Assembly (NCBI RefSeq): GCF_036321535.1
Contig: NC_087436.1
Location: 54,748,001 to 54,812,000, forward strand
Source: Camelus dromedarius
Lineage: Eukaryota
Reading direction: 5' to 3'
Length of the DNA stretch: 64,000 nt
The position numbers were made by a program, and so were the translations under genes. The notes below the pieces were generated by a model that saw nothing but the letters and a program-made list of their open reading frames with translations, ran no database searches and was not told the origin of the DNA. This document shows, in pieces, positions 26,670 through 39,260 of the stretch (positions are counted from its first letter, which is position 1; every line of letters begins with the position of its first letter).

Positions 26670-26910
26670 TGAAAAACAACATGAGAACACTTAAGCAAGT
26701 ACAGAATGGTATGGGAAGAATTTAACATGGACTGATAAAAAGAAAGATGAGTGTCAGGCTTAACAAACCAATTAACTTTCATCACGCAAGAGAGTCAATG
26801 AGTTCTTGACAGGGGTAAAGCAATAGACATAATTTGTTTACAGATTAAAAAGCCTCTTTGACATGCTACCACATCATAGACAAGAACACGAAATTAGCAA
26901 GTTATTTATG
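26670..26910 (+). mobile_element. CR1/L3-type reverse transcriptase fossil fragment
   Basis: From 26805 reads LDRGKAIDIICLQIKK/FDMLPHHR (one frameshift), matching CR1 RT ..D.G.AVD.IYLDF.KAFD.VPH; upstream GLTNQLTF resembles SCLTNLI.F. Confidence 0.7.
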
Positions 26911-27809
26911 GAGAAATTATACATTGAATGAAAAAAAAAGCACAATGGCGAAGAACACTGACAGCATTCCAGATTACATGGAAGGAAGAACTAAGCGGAA
27001 GGAAGGGGCTGTAGCTGTGCCCACACACCATCTCTGTTCAGGAGACATCTGCTAAAGAGAACAGAATTAAAAGTTGGGAGGAAATTAGCATTACCAGTAA
27101 GAGTATTTGATTCAAGCAAACTAGGATCAAATTGGGTCTGTTATTAGAAATTTATTTCCTTGATTTTTCACTGGCTTTGAATTCCTTAGAAATGAGTTTT
27201 TAAAAAATTCAGCTATAGCCGTATCTTTCGCGCCAAAATGGATTTCACATACTAGTGGATGATTAGAAAATTCTGTTCAAAGTACATATACAAACAACAG
27301 AAGGGTAGATCTTTACTATCGTCCTTTAATCATATATTTAAACATATTTTCTTTTCTTTCTTCTTCACTTCATGTTTTCCCACACCTATAAGCCCAGCCC
27401 AGCGTAGCATTATGTCTTACACACTTTGCATACTACAATGAAGTCATGTTTTTCATATTTTCACATCAGTATTCAGTTAGACTCCAATATTTTTATACCT
27501 AAAATATTTTAACAATTTTCCAAGGTAAGCCAAATTCTTGTCTAACTCCAAAATTGGTTCCTTTCCATATAAGTCCAAACTAGGTTATTGACATAATCCC
27601 CCAGAAGGTTTAGTTTTGACACCTCTTTTTCCTTCTCCTGCCCAGGGGCTTCCTTAATATGTCTATATTTTCTTTTTTCATTATTCTCATAGGTTTTGAT
27701 TTTATTCAAGCTTCTAACACTGCTAACGTATATTATTCTAACAGCTTCCAATTATATGTTTATTCTTCAAGACATGCACCCTGCTAATGGTTTTATAAAC
27801 AATATTTTC

Positions 27810-27960
27810 ATAATTTTTATAATGCCATGTCAAGAAAGGTGTTACTACTATGTCAGTTTTACAAATGATGAGAAGGAGACTTAGAAGGGCTAACACATTT
27901 GTTGTAGGCCACACGACTGGTAAGAGAAGGATCCGGGATTCAACTGATACTCTAACGACA
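27810..27960 (-). mobile_element. MIR SINE
   Basis: cagttttacaaatgatgagaaggagacttaga...ggccacacgactggtaagagaagg..ccgggattcaac. Confidence 0.7.
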
Positions 27961-28079
27961 CATTTCTATGCTATTTCCTGTAATTGTTTCCTACATGTTG
28001 TCCTTGCTTTACTTAGTAGATCCTTTATATCAATACGAAAACAGGTTCTTATTTTTATTATTTGACTTCAAATTTAAGT

Positions 28080-28442
28080 CTCTCCAAGGCAGCCCAGTCT
28101 CCTCATCCACACTGCCTTCTGGATGAAGTCTAAACTCCTTAGCATCTCATACCAAGTTCTCCCTGACCTGGTCTCTTGGTCTCATCTCCCCTCATTCCTC
28201 ACCTAACAGCTGCAGCCATACTAAATTACTAACCTCCTCTCAGGCAAGGTCTTCTCCTGCCCTTCATGCTGTTATAGCTACCTTAGAATCTCCTTCATTA
28301 GCCACTGGAGCATGTGTCATAACTCCACTGTTTGTGAGTAAGCCTCTTTCAGGGGAGCACTATCATTTATTTCTGTTACTCCAATGCCTAGCACAATGCT
28401 TTCACATAGGAAATGCTCAATAAGAGACTGCTGAATTAATGT
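28080..28442 (+). mobile_element. L2 3' fragment
   Basis: aagtctaaactccttagc...ccaatgcctagcacaatgctttcacataggaaatgctcaataa. Confidence 0.75.
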
Positions 28443-28882
28443 ACAGATATATCCCAATGATTTCCCTCTGTCTTGTATGTATGAATTTTGGATAATTTAA
28501 CTTCCATTTACACTCTGAATTTTTTAAATGTTTTGATTATACGTGTTCATGTTTAATTTCTGTCCTTTATGTGTATAAATTATGTAGTCTGAATTTTTCA
28601 CTTACTCTCACTTATTTAAAATATAGATATTTAGATATTAACATATAGTCTTCAAAATTATGTTTGGGCAGATGCATAATGTTACCTCTACTTGAGATGC
28701 TTGATGATTTCTTTGTCATTGGCCATTAGACAATTAGAATTGTGCCCATTATGGATAAAATTGCAATGAGCATTATGGTGGAAATACATTTTTAAAAAAT
28801 ATTCTTATAAACATCTTCCTTAGGGTACATACACAGAAATAGGGTTAGTGGATCAAGGCATGGATTTTACATGGCTTTAGAG

Positions 28883-29090
28883 AAGGGGTCAACAAACTCC
28901 AGCCTTTGGGTCGTGTGGCCCATTGCCTATTTTTGTAAAGGAAGTTTTATTGTAACACAGCTGTTCTCATTCGTTTAGATATTACCTATGGCCTCTGTCG
29001 CATTTCAAGGGTAGAGTTGAGTAAAGTTCAGCCCATAAAGCTGAAAATATTTACTATCTGGTTCTTTACAGAAAAAGAAGCCAACCTCTG
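28883..29090 (+). mobile_element. MER58A-like hAT-Charlie MITE inside an old L1 fragment
   Basis: TIR-like aggggtcaacaaact...gccaacctctg; internal ttttgtaaaggaagttttattgtaacacagc; flanks ctttagag / cctagaga resemble an 8-bp TSD. Confidence 0.85.
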
Positions 29091-32000
29091 CCTAGAGACA
29101 TATTACTCAACTTATTTCTGAGAGGCAGTTTTCATTACCAGCAAAGTTGACTGATTTCAGCATACCTTCATCTGCGCTGATAATTATGATCATAGTAAAA
29201 TACTTATGAATTGCGTTTTCTCCATGATAGTCTCACACTTTGTTTTGAGAAAAAGATTCAGAGATTTAGATTTTGTACCAAGGGGCTTGGCAACTTAGAA
29301 AATTGCCCTGAAGCTTAGTTATATATGCTTCCAAAGAAAGTCTATTACTTTGGGAGTCACCATATTAGCATGTCAGTGACTGCCAGGTGTTTTCTTCTCC
29401 CTAGCTAATGAGTTCTATGGAGCATTCACCCTCATCTAGTTTGCAATGCCAACTAATCCAAGAGCAATATAAGAGCTCTCTCTACTCCATCAGACTTTGT
29501 GATATTGTCTACTATAGCAAACTGAGCTCTTGCAGATGTTTTGCGTTCCAAGAGTACAGTTTAATATACACAAAAGTGTCTTAAAGCAAAATTTAGGTTA
29601 TTGCATAAAGTTCTGCTGACTTGCTTCAGCATGGCATTATGCTGAGATTGCATGCCAGGTGCAAAGGGACTCTCACGTTTCATCATTTCTGTGTTACAAA
29701 ATCAGGTAACATGGGTATATTATAGGTCAGGTTATCTTCCTGTAATACGATGTGACCCAATTTGCCAAATAAAAATGGAATGAAAACAGCAGCTTGTAGC
29801 AACATCCAAAGTATCTTCTGAGTCATTATCTCTTTAATGAAAAGCAACACTGGACAATTTCAACACAAATTGTGGTTTAGCATCTCATTAACTGAATAAT
29901 GGCTTTTACACACGATGCATTTCTAAGCACTTGAAGTGTTACAAAAATGTTACATCAAAATGAATCAAGAGTCTATTCTTCAGTCCATCCTCAGGTGACA
30001 AGATCTTTCTATCCTTTGTTATTTCACGATTATAATTTTTTTTAATCTTCTGCAGATATTAAGTAGAACAGAGTAATTTCCAAGCAGCCTATTTGCTATA
30101 TTCCTAGGTATTTAAATAATTTTTTCCACTGTGGATTATGTAGATATTTGATTCTGACCTGACATTTCACTGGCATATTTTTTTCTTAGGAGACTTAGGG
30201 GATCTAAAATTAAAAAAAAAAAAAAAGGAGTTGACTCTGTGTATGAAAGGCCTCCCATAACACAGATTACTACTGGGCATCTCCTAGTGCCAGGAAAACA
30301 AATCTTGCAACTTTTTAATTGAAGCCTGAGACCAGTATGTCTCTACTTTTTAGTTCATTAAAACATCCCCCTCCAGAAGTGATAGTTTCCTTTCAGTAAT
30401 CAAGCAATTACTAGGCTGATTTCACTTCTTCCGCACAAACTTTGCCTTGTGTTCATCAGCCTGGTTCTTTCACCCTGATAAGCTCTGGCTACTGGGGCTG
30501 GAATAGCTGTTCCATACCAGGCTTGAATATCTGCAGGCATTTTCCTCCTGTTTCACACTGAGTTAGCAATCAATCCCATCTGTTCTTTATCATTAGGAAT
30601 TCAAAATGTGCTCAAAGCCATTCTTCAAGTAAGGTCTTAAACTTTCAGGGCAGCTTTCTAGATAGATAGATACATACATACATACACATATATACACACA
30701 CACACAGTTTTTTATACCCTATGATTCTCACATAGATTTTGGATAATACGGATATATAGGGATATGGAAATAATTTTTCATGAAAAAAATGCATTTGCAT
30801 ATGCTCATTGCTTTATCATTCTCCATGAAATAGTATCAGATGAGTAACTGTTTGATATACCATGTTAATGCTATTAGTAAAAGACAAGTTGTTTTTCAAA
30901 CATTCATGGATCAAGGCCAGATAATCAGTTATTAACATTCCTTGATTTTTGCTTCGAGCAGTTCTTTATTGACTTATACAGTATTCTTCATTTGATGTGT
31001 TGTCAGTCAAGAATAATCAGTACCAAATTCTTCACAGTCCATTTTGTTACGGTACTGCTGTTAAAATGTAGCAGTATATAAATTGGCTAGTGTACCACAC
31101 GTGTTTCAAATAAAGATAAGAAACCACTACCCAGGAAAGCCCTACAAAATTGTCTTACTGCTTTATAATTGAAAATAAATGAATTCCATTTAATGTTTAC
31201 TTTAAAATATGAACAAAGCTGAGCTGTTACGAATCCTTAAGAGTGGTGATCCATTGTGTACATTGTGAAGGCCTTTTAATCCAAAACTTTGCCTCACACA
31301 ATGAAATCTGACTACTTCCACAGGATAGTAAATAAAATTATTTAATCTCTTTAATGTATCTCAAACGCTATCAAGTAGTTGATCCCTTATCCATCTCCTA
31401 ATCTCTAAAACTAAGTAAGTCTCGATTAAAATACTAGACCTATTTCCTTAAGAGATCTGGTAATACTTTCGTAGAAAATATCATTGCTTATTTTCATTTT
31501 TCAGTATTTTAGTAAAACTAGAAAAGCTACTTATACCATTTACTAGAGCATAACAAGATGACCTAAGCTTTTAAAAATAATTTCAAGGAGCTGCATAAGC
31601 TCCTTGAAACCATGAACAAAGTATGGAAAATCCAAAAAATATCTACTTTAAACAATTTACATTTTCTATCAGTTGTTCAGATACTCCTAAAATAAGCACC
31701 AACTTTAATATATCTGGTTTGAAATGCAATTTTTCTGCAAAATTAAATTTACTAACCCAAATTCCCCTAGTTATTGTCACATGTGACTTGCAAATATGTC
31801 TTAGTAAAAGAATAAATTTAAAAGCTACTGTTTAAGATCTGTAACTTTTTAAAAGTGTGCCTTTTGCTTTAGTATTATTAAAGCATAATTATTGGAACCC
31901 TTTAAAGTCAATTTACCTAAATAAGAGAATTATAAAAGCATGAACAGAAATAAAATTTAAAATTCATAGTCTCCATTGGTGACTGAGCTCCAGGGGACAA

Positions 32001-33479
32001 AACAGATTTTGTGTATACTTTCTTTGATATACCATATCCCTGTCCATTAATATGCTTTCTTTGGCATGTTTTTCTTCATTGATCTTTTAGACAGTTTATA
32101 ATATTGACTTGGAATTTTGGGGAAAATGTGATTTGAAAGTACAGTGGCATCTGTTATACAAATACTATTAGGAGCAATTAATGCTTCACATTTTCCCCAA
32201 AATTCCACTGGGGGGATGAAATAGGTCAGAGAAAAATTGATGACAGTAATAGAAGGAGCATAACAGAAGGTTATTGGCTTTGTTTAGACACCTGAAGAGA
32301 AGAAAAGCAGATTGAGTTGACATTCTCCTATCTTTTTCCAAGATCTAATACAGAGAAAGTTGATATATTGTAAATTATTTTTCTTCTTGCTTGTGACATT
32401 TTGTTTAACTATATTTATTAAAAAAAAAAAAAAAACCTCTTACCTCTGTATCTTCATTCAAGCTAGTCATTCAGCCTCCAAATTTTGGATGAAATATGAC
32501 TCATCCCTACCCTTTTTAAGACCCAGTTAGTCACCAAATTCTATCAATTATCCCTTTGAGATACCACTTACTCAGGTTCTTTTCACTTTATTTTCATTGA
32601 CAGCCCCCTAATCAACAGTTTCATCACCTCATACTGAGATGAATCAAAGAACTTTGTAGGTGTTCTAACTTCAGTCTCCTCCATCTGCTCCATCCTACAT
32701 ACAACCAACAGATGAATCTTGCTTAAATTTTTTTTCAGAAGTTATCCCATTATCTCCTCACCCTTCACAATGAATTTCAACAGTACATCCTGTAATGTTT
32801 CTTTTTCCATCCAAACAACCATATATCATATGATTTCCAAAAGATTATTTTAGCTTAAGTTACACCAGGGTCTATATCTCAGGGTTTTGATAAATACTGG
32901 GACTTGCTTCAATTTGGCCTATGAATTGAGCTTTAAAGACAGAGATATAAAATCATTACTAAAAAATAATTTTTCTCTTTGTTCCAGTATTTTTTCAAGT
33001 TAATCTTTTCTTGATATAGTGGACATATTCAATACTCCTACAACTACTATCTGGCTTTTGATTTGGAACTAATAATTTATTAGTTATCTATTTCTCACTC
33101 AGTATTTCTCAAGATATAGGTATATTTTAATTTATACTAAATGGAACAAAATTAGTGACATTAAATGGTTACAAATAGGTCTAGATAGAAAGGGATATTT
33201 TTATTTCTTAATTATCCAAATGTTAAACTTTTCTTTTTTTTTATGTGATTTTGCATTATAAAAAAAGATTAAGTAGCTCTTTTCTAGGCCCAACAATAGA
33301 GGAAATACGGATGTTTAATAATTCGAGTTCAAAATTTTCTTGTTAGACAAATCCTGACAATATTCCTCCTTTGGAATTTTAGGAAAGAATCTCGCTTAAT
33401 TAAGATCAAAATACCACTATGAATAAGTAGTGTTATTTTTTGTTGAAAATCAACCTCAGCATATCAAAATAGATTTCTG

Positions 33480-33937
33480 TTACAGGGTTGTGTCTAACAA
33501 AAAGATACACTGATGCCCCAACTCTCAGTACTTGTGAATATGGCCTTATTTGGAAATACAGTCTTTGCAGATATAATTAGTTAAGATGAGATCACATTGG
33601 ATTAGAGTGACTAATCCAATGACTAGTGTCCTTATAAGAAGAGGGAAATTTGGACACAGTAGACAGAAATACTGGGAAGAACTCCACGGAGGTAGAGATT
33701 AGAGTGATGCATTTAGAAGCCAAGGAATTCTAAGCACTGCCAGGAACTACCAGAAGCTAGGAAAGAGGCATGGAATAAAATCTTCCTCAGAGCCCTCCAG
33801 AAGGAATGGACTTTGCCTTTGTGACACCTTGATTTTGGACTTCTAGCCTTCAGAACTGTGAGAGAATAAATTTCTGGGTTTTTTTTTTAAAGTCATCTGG
33901 TCTGTGATACTTTGTTGCAGTGGCCCTAGGAAATGAA
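33480..33937 (+). mobile_element. MaLR solo LTR (MLT1B/C-like)
   Basis: ccttatttggaaatacagtctttgcagatataattagttaagatgag...ttggacttctagccttcagaactgtgagagaataaatttc...gccctaggaaa. Confidence 0.9.
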
Positions 33938-34399
33938 AAAATGTTTGTGTATAGTTTCACTACTAATATACCTATCTATCCATGCATCCATCTATCACTC
34001 ATCATCAGCAATCAGTCTACTCAAATTTCATCCATCCATCCATCCTAATAAAGAGCCTAAATTTTCAAGTCAATCAAGTCAAACTGCAAGATTCTGAAGT
34101 TCTTAGTTTTTTAAAGCCTTAGTTTTCTTATCTGAAACATGCATAAGTTTTAGGATTAAATAAAGTAAAGCTTAGAACAGCACTAGAAACATTAGTAAGG
34201 GGTCACTAATTATACATATACATACACACACATAATTATATACAGAAATACAAGTATATACACACACATATCACATATGACTTCATAGCAGCAACTGTTA
34301 ATTGTCTGCCTATATTGATGTTCCCTCTATTCCTTAGCAATAACTAGCTCACTATGTATTTTTATATATGTTCATATATTCATCAAACACATAAATGAT

Positions 34400-34760
34400 T
34401 TTGTTGCAGAAACTGCTGGTTGTCCCCCAGTATCCACACTCTCCTCCTTCCTCTAGAGCGTCATTTGAGTACATAGAAATCTGGAATGAAAGCTGTATTT
34501 TCCAGCTGCCCAAACTCACAAATTGTTACCATAGAACTATATTCTAGCCACTAGAATATATGTAAAATTGTTGCATTAACTCCCAGTCAGAGTGCTTAAG
34601 AGGAGATGTTGCAACTTTCTTTGTCAGATCAGATTCTACTTGATGGCATCCTGTCAATTAGCTGGAATTGAAGTAGTCATTCTGACTATCTGGTGGAAAC
34701 TGCATGTTGAGAATGGCAGAGTGAAAGATAGAAAAGATTAATTATAGTTTCTGTCATGGT
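34400..34760 (+). mobile_element. Old MaLR LTR fragment (MLT1J/K-like)
   Basis: tgttgcagaaactgctggttgtcccccagtatcc...tattttccagctgcc...catgttgagaatggcagagtgaaagatagaa. Confidence 0.6.
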
Positions 34761-35046
34761 CAACTAATTCTAACAGATGTCATGTACTAGTAACTGGAGA
34801 ATATTTAAATCTCAATATAAAATTTCTTATATGAACAATGAAACAAACACATGAGTTGACTCTAGGAACATACTATAAATGCACTCATATTTAACTATGA
34901 AGTCTTTGATGAATGTGGAACCTTCAAACCAGCCAGACATTTTGCAAACCCTCAGACATTTTGTAGGAAAGAGAAATAAGGTTTTTCTTGTTGTATATTT
35001 GTTTTGATTTGTCATGTGCTGTCCTAAGATTTACGTAGGTACAGCA

Positions 35047-35116
35047 TATATATATATAAAGAGAGAGAGAGAGACAGAGAGAGAGAGACAGAGAAAAAGA
35101 AAGAGAGAGACAGAGA
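35047..35116. repeat. (TA)n/(GA)n compound microsatellite
   Basis: Directly visible. Confidence 0.9.
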
Positions 35117-36369
35117 GTCCCATTCTTCTTGTGAATCACTAGCATAAGGCTGTGTCTTTGATGCCCACTGTTTTGTCTGATTTTCTCTTTATGAAACTTG
35201 GGATTATCTATCTTAAGTGCATAAAAATAGTTTTGGCCTTTTCCTGGTATTGTTTTCTTATTTCTCTGTGCTCATCTTTCCCTCCTCCTCCTCCTCTTGC
35301 GTCCCTCCCCTCCCCTCCTCCTTCTCTCGCTCTCTCATACTTTTTCTATAAGTCATCTGATAAAGCTGGAGTTTCTAATTGGGAGGCCCTACTTGTTAAC
35401 CTCAGAGATTCAGTATGAGAGAAGAATAACCTGTGGGAAGAGGTCTTCTAGAACTAATCTGTTTCAAAAATGTTTTCTTTGTTGTGTTTCCTTATTATTC
35501 CTGTGACACATCCCCATGGCAAATATAAAATGAGGTCAAAAGCATTATTTACCCTTAGTGCTAAGGCCTGGAAGAGCTCACATACATGCATGTGTTTGTT
35601 CTCTGTTCTTTTCATCATACATGCTTATATAAGTCACATACTCTATGTTAGGCAATGACATGACCAGTGTGCACTGATAAATGTAAATTCCAGCTTTTCA
35701 CCTTTGAACATTGTCAACTATCAGAAGCAACTGAGCAAAAAAGAAAAAAAAAATCCTTGTGGCTGAATAATAATAAATCAAGTAAAAAAGTTGGCCCCAA
35801 ATAGAAAAAGAATGCATTAATTGGCCATCATATGCCTAATCAATAAACCATGCCCATCAATTATTACCTTCCTGTGTATTCTTCAAAGAAAAGGTATCTC
35901 CACAACATTTCTTTGAATTGTCTTGATTTTGGAAAAACAGTAATAACCACCAAATAACAATGATAATTCTAAACTCTGTTTCTCTGAGATTATTTAAATC
36001 ACAGTTTATGCATATTAAAATCAGTCTGAAATGAATACTTTTCTATTGTGTAGACTTAAGAACTTAAAGTGCTTTTATAAACATATTTAACTAGGTAACA
36101 TATATGAGATCATCTTAAAACTAGATAATGCCTTACAAATCTATTATTATATTTAAAATTTGGTATGTATATGTATATATGTAATCAGCTATGTAATTAG
36201 CTTAATACTTATGTAATTAGTAAAAAAATTAAATAAATACTGATATTTTTGATAGTAAGAAAATGTCAAATATTGATAATGATGATGAGAAAAATGAATG
36301 TTATAATGAGAAATTTCTCACTGCTCCTAAGATTAAGTCCTCAATGGGTTCCTAAACTCTTTGTAACAC

Positions 36370-37972
36370 TTGTCTTTCAGGAACTTTATTCCAACAATTA
36401 TGTTTCCCTTTTTCCTATATCATCATGTTTTTCCCTTTCTAATGACCATTTTATATTTGAAAATCTCCATTAAAAACAAATGAAAGCTTCCTTGATCCTA
36501 TGTTCTAGCCATGCTGCTTTATATTTTTCTGTCCTCCTTTACAGTAAAACTTCATGAAAGTGATAGTTCCTGAAAAAGATATGTAATCTCAACAATACAT
36601 CACTTCTGTTCTCTGTTCTGCTCACTGGTATCTGGCATTCCTCCCATTCCTTCATAGAGAAGATTCTTCTTATGAACACCAGTGACCTTCATTTTGCCAA
36701 ATCCTATATTCAACACTTTGTTCTCATTTTATTTGGCTTGTCAGAAATATTCAGCAAAGTTGATATCCTGCTTTATACTCTCTTCCCTTGGCTTTCATAA
36801 TACAATCATGGTTCCTCCTGTCTCATCTGCTGCTCAGTCTGTCTTCTTGGCTTGTTTCTCTTCCTGTGGATGTCCTCTAAATTTTGGAAGCCCCAGGACT
36901 TTTTTTTTTTTTTTTTTAAATGGTCTCATTTCTTCCCAGTCTACACATTGTCTTCTTGATGATCTAAGCCAATCTTATGACTTCATGAGTATCTGACATG
37001 TTCCTGACTTCAAATTTAACATTTCAATCCCATGTTATCTCTCATTATCCACTTGCCTACTAGGTATCTCCACTTAGATATACAATGTTCCTCAAATTTA
37101 GCATTTTCTATAGAGAATTTTTGATTCCTTCTTCCACACCCCATTTCTGAATGTCCCTTTTCTCTGCATCTCAGTAAATGCCACAGTCATTGCCACCTTC
37201 ATCGGGTTAGATCCAAATTCCAGAAATTATTCTTATTCCTTTCTTTGTCTCTCCCCTCACCTGCAGTGTATCAGCAAGTCCTGTCGGCTCTATTTCCAAA
37301 TATATCTTGAATGTATCTATTTCTCACCATCCAGACTATTACTGCTGTAATCCATGATTTTACCATCTCTTTCCTAACCCACTTCAGCTGCCCCCAAATG
37401 CTCTTCTTGTTTTCATATTTGTGCTCCACCATGGTCTATTATCTTCATGGTAACTTTTCTTTTTAAAATAATGGGTAAAATTAAATATTACTCCTGCCTG
37501 AGACTCTCCAGTGGCTTCCACTGCACATACATAAAACCCCTTAAAATTTACGATCAATTCATTTTTGGTCTGACCCGGTTTCATTCTTTTATCATTTCAT
37601 GAAACATGCTACTGTAGATTTACTCCATTTATAAAATATTTAAGGCTCATGTCATGTTCCACTTTTCTAAAGAGGATTCTTTATCCAAAATTATATCTCC
37701 CTCACATACAAACACCTAATCTCACTCCATCAGTAATTTCTGTGTCAATACTATCCTTGATATTTTGTACAGTAATTCAGTACAGTCTAAAATTACCTTG
37801 TGTATGTATGCTTGAACCTTTATATGCTTATTTTTTTAATCAACCTTAACTAGAATACAAACATTATGAGAACAGAAGCTTCTCTTATTTACCTCTGTAT
37901 TGAAGTTTCTGAAACATATCAGGTATATAATAGATACTCAACAAATATTTGATGAATGAATAACTGAATGAA
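36370..37972 (+). mobile_element. L2 3' region (about 1.6 kb)
   Basis: ccagtgaccttcattttgccaaatcc; atccacttgcctactaggtatctccacttagat; cagcaagtcctgtcggctctatttccaaa; tail ctcaacaaatatttgatgaatgaataa. Confidence 0.85.
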
Positions 37973-39039
37973 CTCAAAATTAGGCTTACAGAAAATACTT
38001 AAAAGGGTTGCACATGGTTATCCTGAACAAAGAAAGATTCAGGGAGAATATCTGAGTAGCTGTCATGAAAGCAATCTAATGACATTTCCAATGGAGAAAC
38101 AATTTTTATAGCCTTAAGATTAGGATACTTATTTTGATTTAAGAGTGAGAAAACAATTCTAAAAGTCAAAACTAAGGAAAGATAAAAATGGATTGTTTGA
38201 GGAGTTTTTGAGTAAAATCTGGATGATTACACAGAGTATATCTATAGAAAGGACTGAAGCTTAGGAAAGGTAATGTAGCTGCATTATGTATATGACATCC
38301 TCCTATATCCAGGAGGTACTTCCTCTTTATTCATCATAACCCAATGTGGCATTATGTTATCTTAAAAGATGGTGCTAGTAACCTAATTAAATTGATTTTA
38401 TTTTCATCATCAAACCAATGAGTCACTCAGAATACTGGAAAAACCCTATTTTAGACCTGTCTCAGTGGTGTACCAACATTTAAACATGTTACAAGAAACC
38501 TAGTTCCTCAAAATATTTTTTTATTATCTATTCCTATTGTTTGGTCCTCTCTCAACTTATCACCATAATCACTGAATCATTTTTTTAGGCATGTGGAAGG
38601 AATATCATTAGTCGAGGCAGTATGAATCATCCTGGCACTGCGACCATAACTCTTTTCCCCAAGCAGATCTTGATCTTTCCAGTTCTTTTTATGATGCCTT
38701 ATCATCTTCAGCATGTGACCATACACACCAGGGAATATAGGCTCTAATGGGCATTTCAGTCCTTCGTTCTTAATCATAAGCAGTATTAATTGCCCAGTAG
38801 TCAAATGGCAAGCCTGACATAGATTCTGCATAATACATGATGTGAGGGAAAGGTGAAAAGCACAGATAACAGTAGATATGAAGATGGATCCTGACTAGCA
38901 TGGTCTGAAGGTAGAAGATAAGGAACTTCAAGCTGGGGTACTATAATAGTGCTGAGCACAGAATGAAAAGGATCAGAAATACTGACTAGACTCTTAGTTA
39001 CACTGAAATCATCTAAAATAGCCAGATTAGTTACTGAGA

Positions 39040-39260
39040 ACTCAGGACCTGGGATCAGCTCTGACAGGGTCCGATTCTCTGTTATACCACTTAATTAGCT
39101 GCAAGAGTTTAGGCAAGTCACTTAACTTCTATCATTTGTTTCACTGTAGAAATGAAGATAATGATGGCATGTTCATAACAGGGTTTTGGGAGGAACACAT
39201 AAGTTAATTTATGTAAAGCACCCACTATAATGCTGATGCATCATAAATGGTCCACAAATC
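39040..39260 (+). mobile_element. MIR SINE
   Basis: accacttaattagctg..agtttaggcaagtcacttaacttct...tgtagaaatgaagataat. Confidence 0.75.

Noticed and set aside
27850..28065. ORF starting MSVLQMMRRRLRR, reminiscent of the PTGER3 MRKRRLREQ splice tail
   Set aside because: It is simply antisense MIR core sequence, and no other PTGER3 exon is recognisable.
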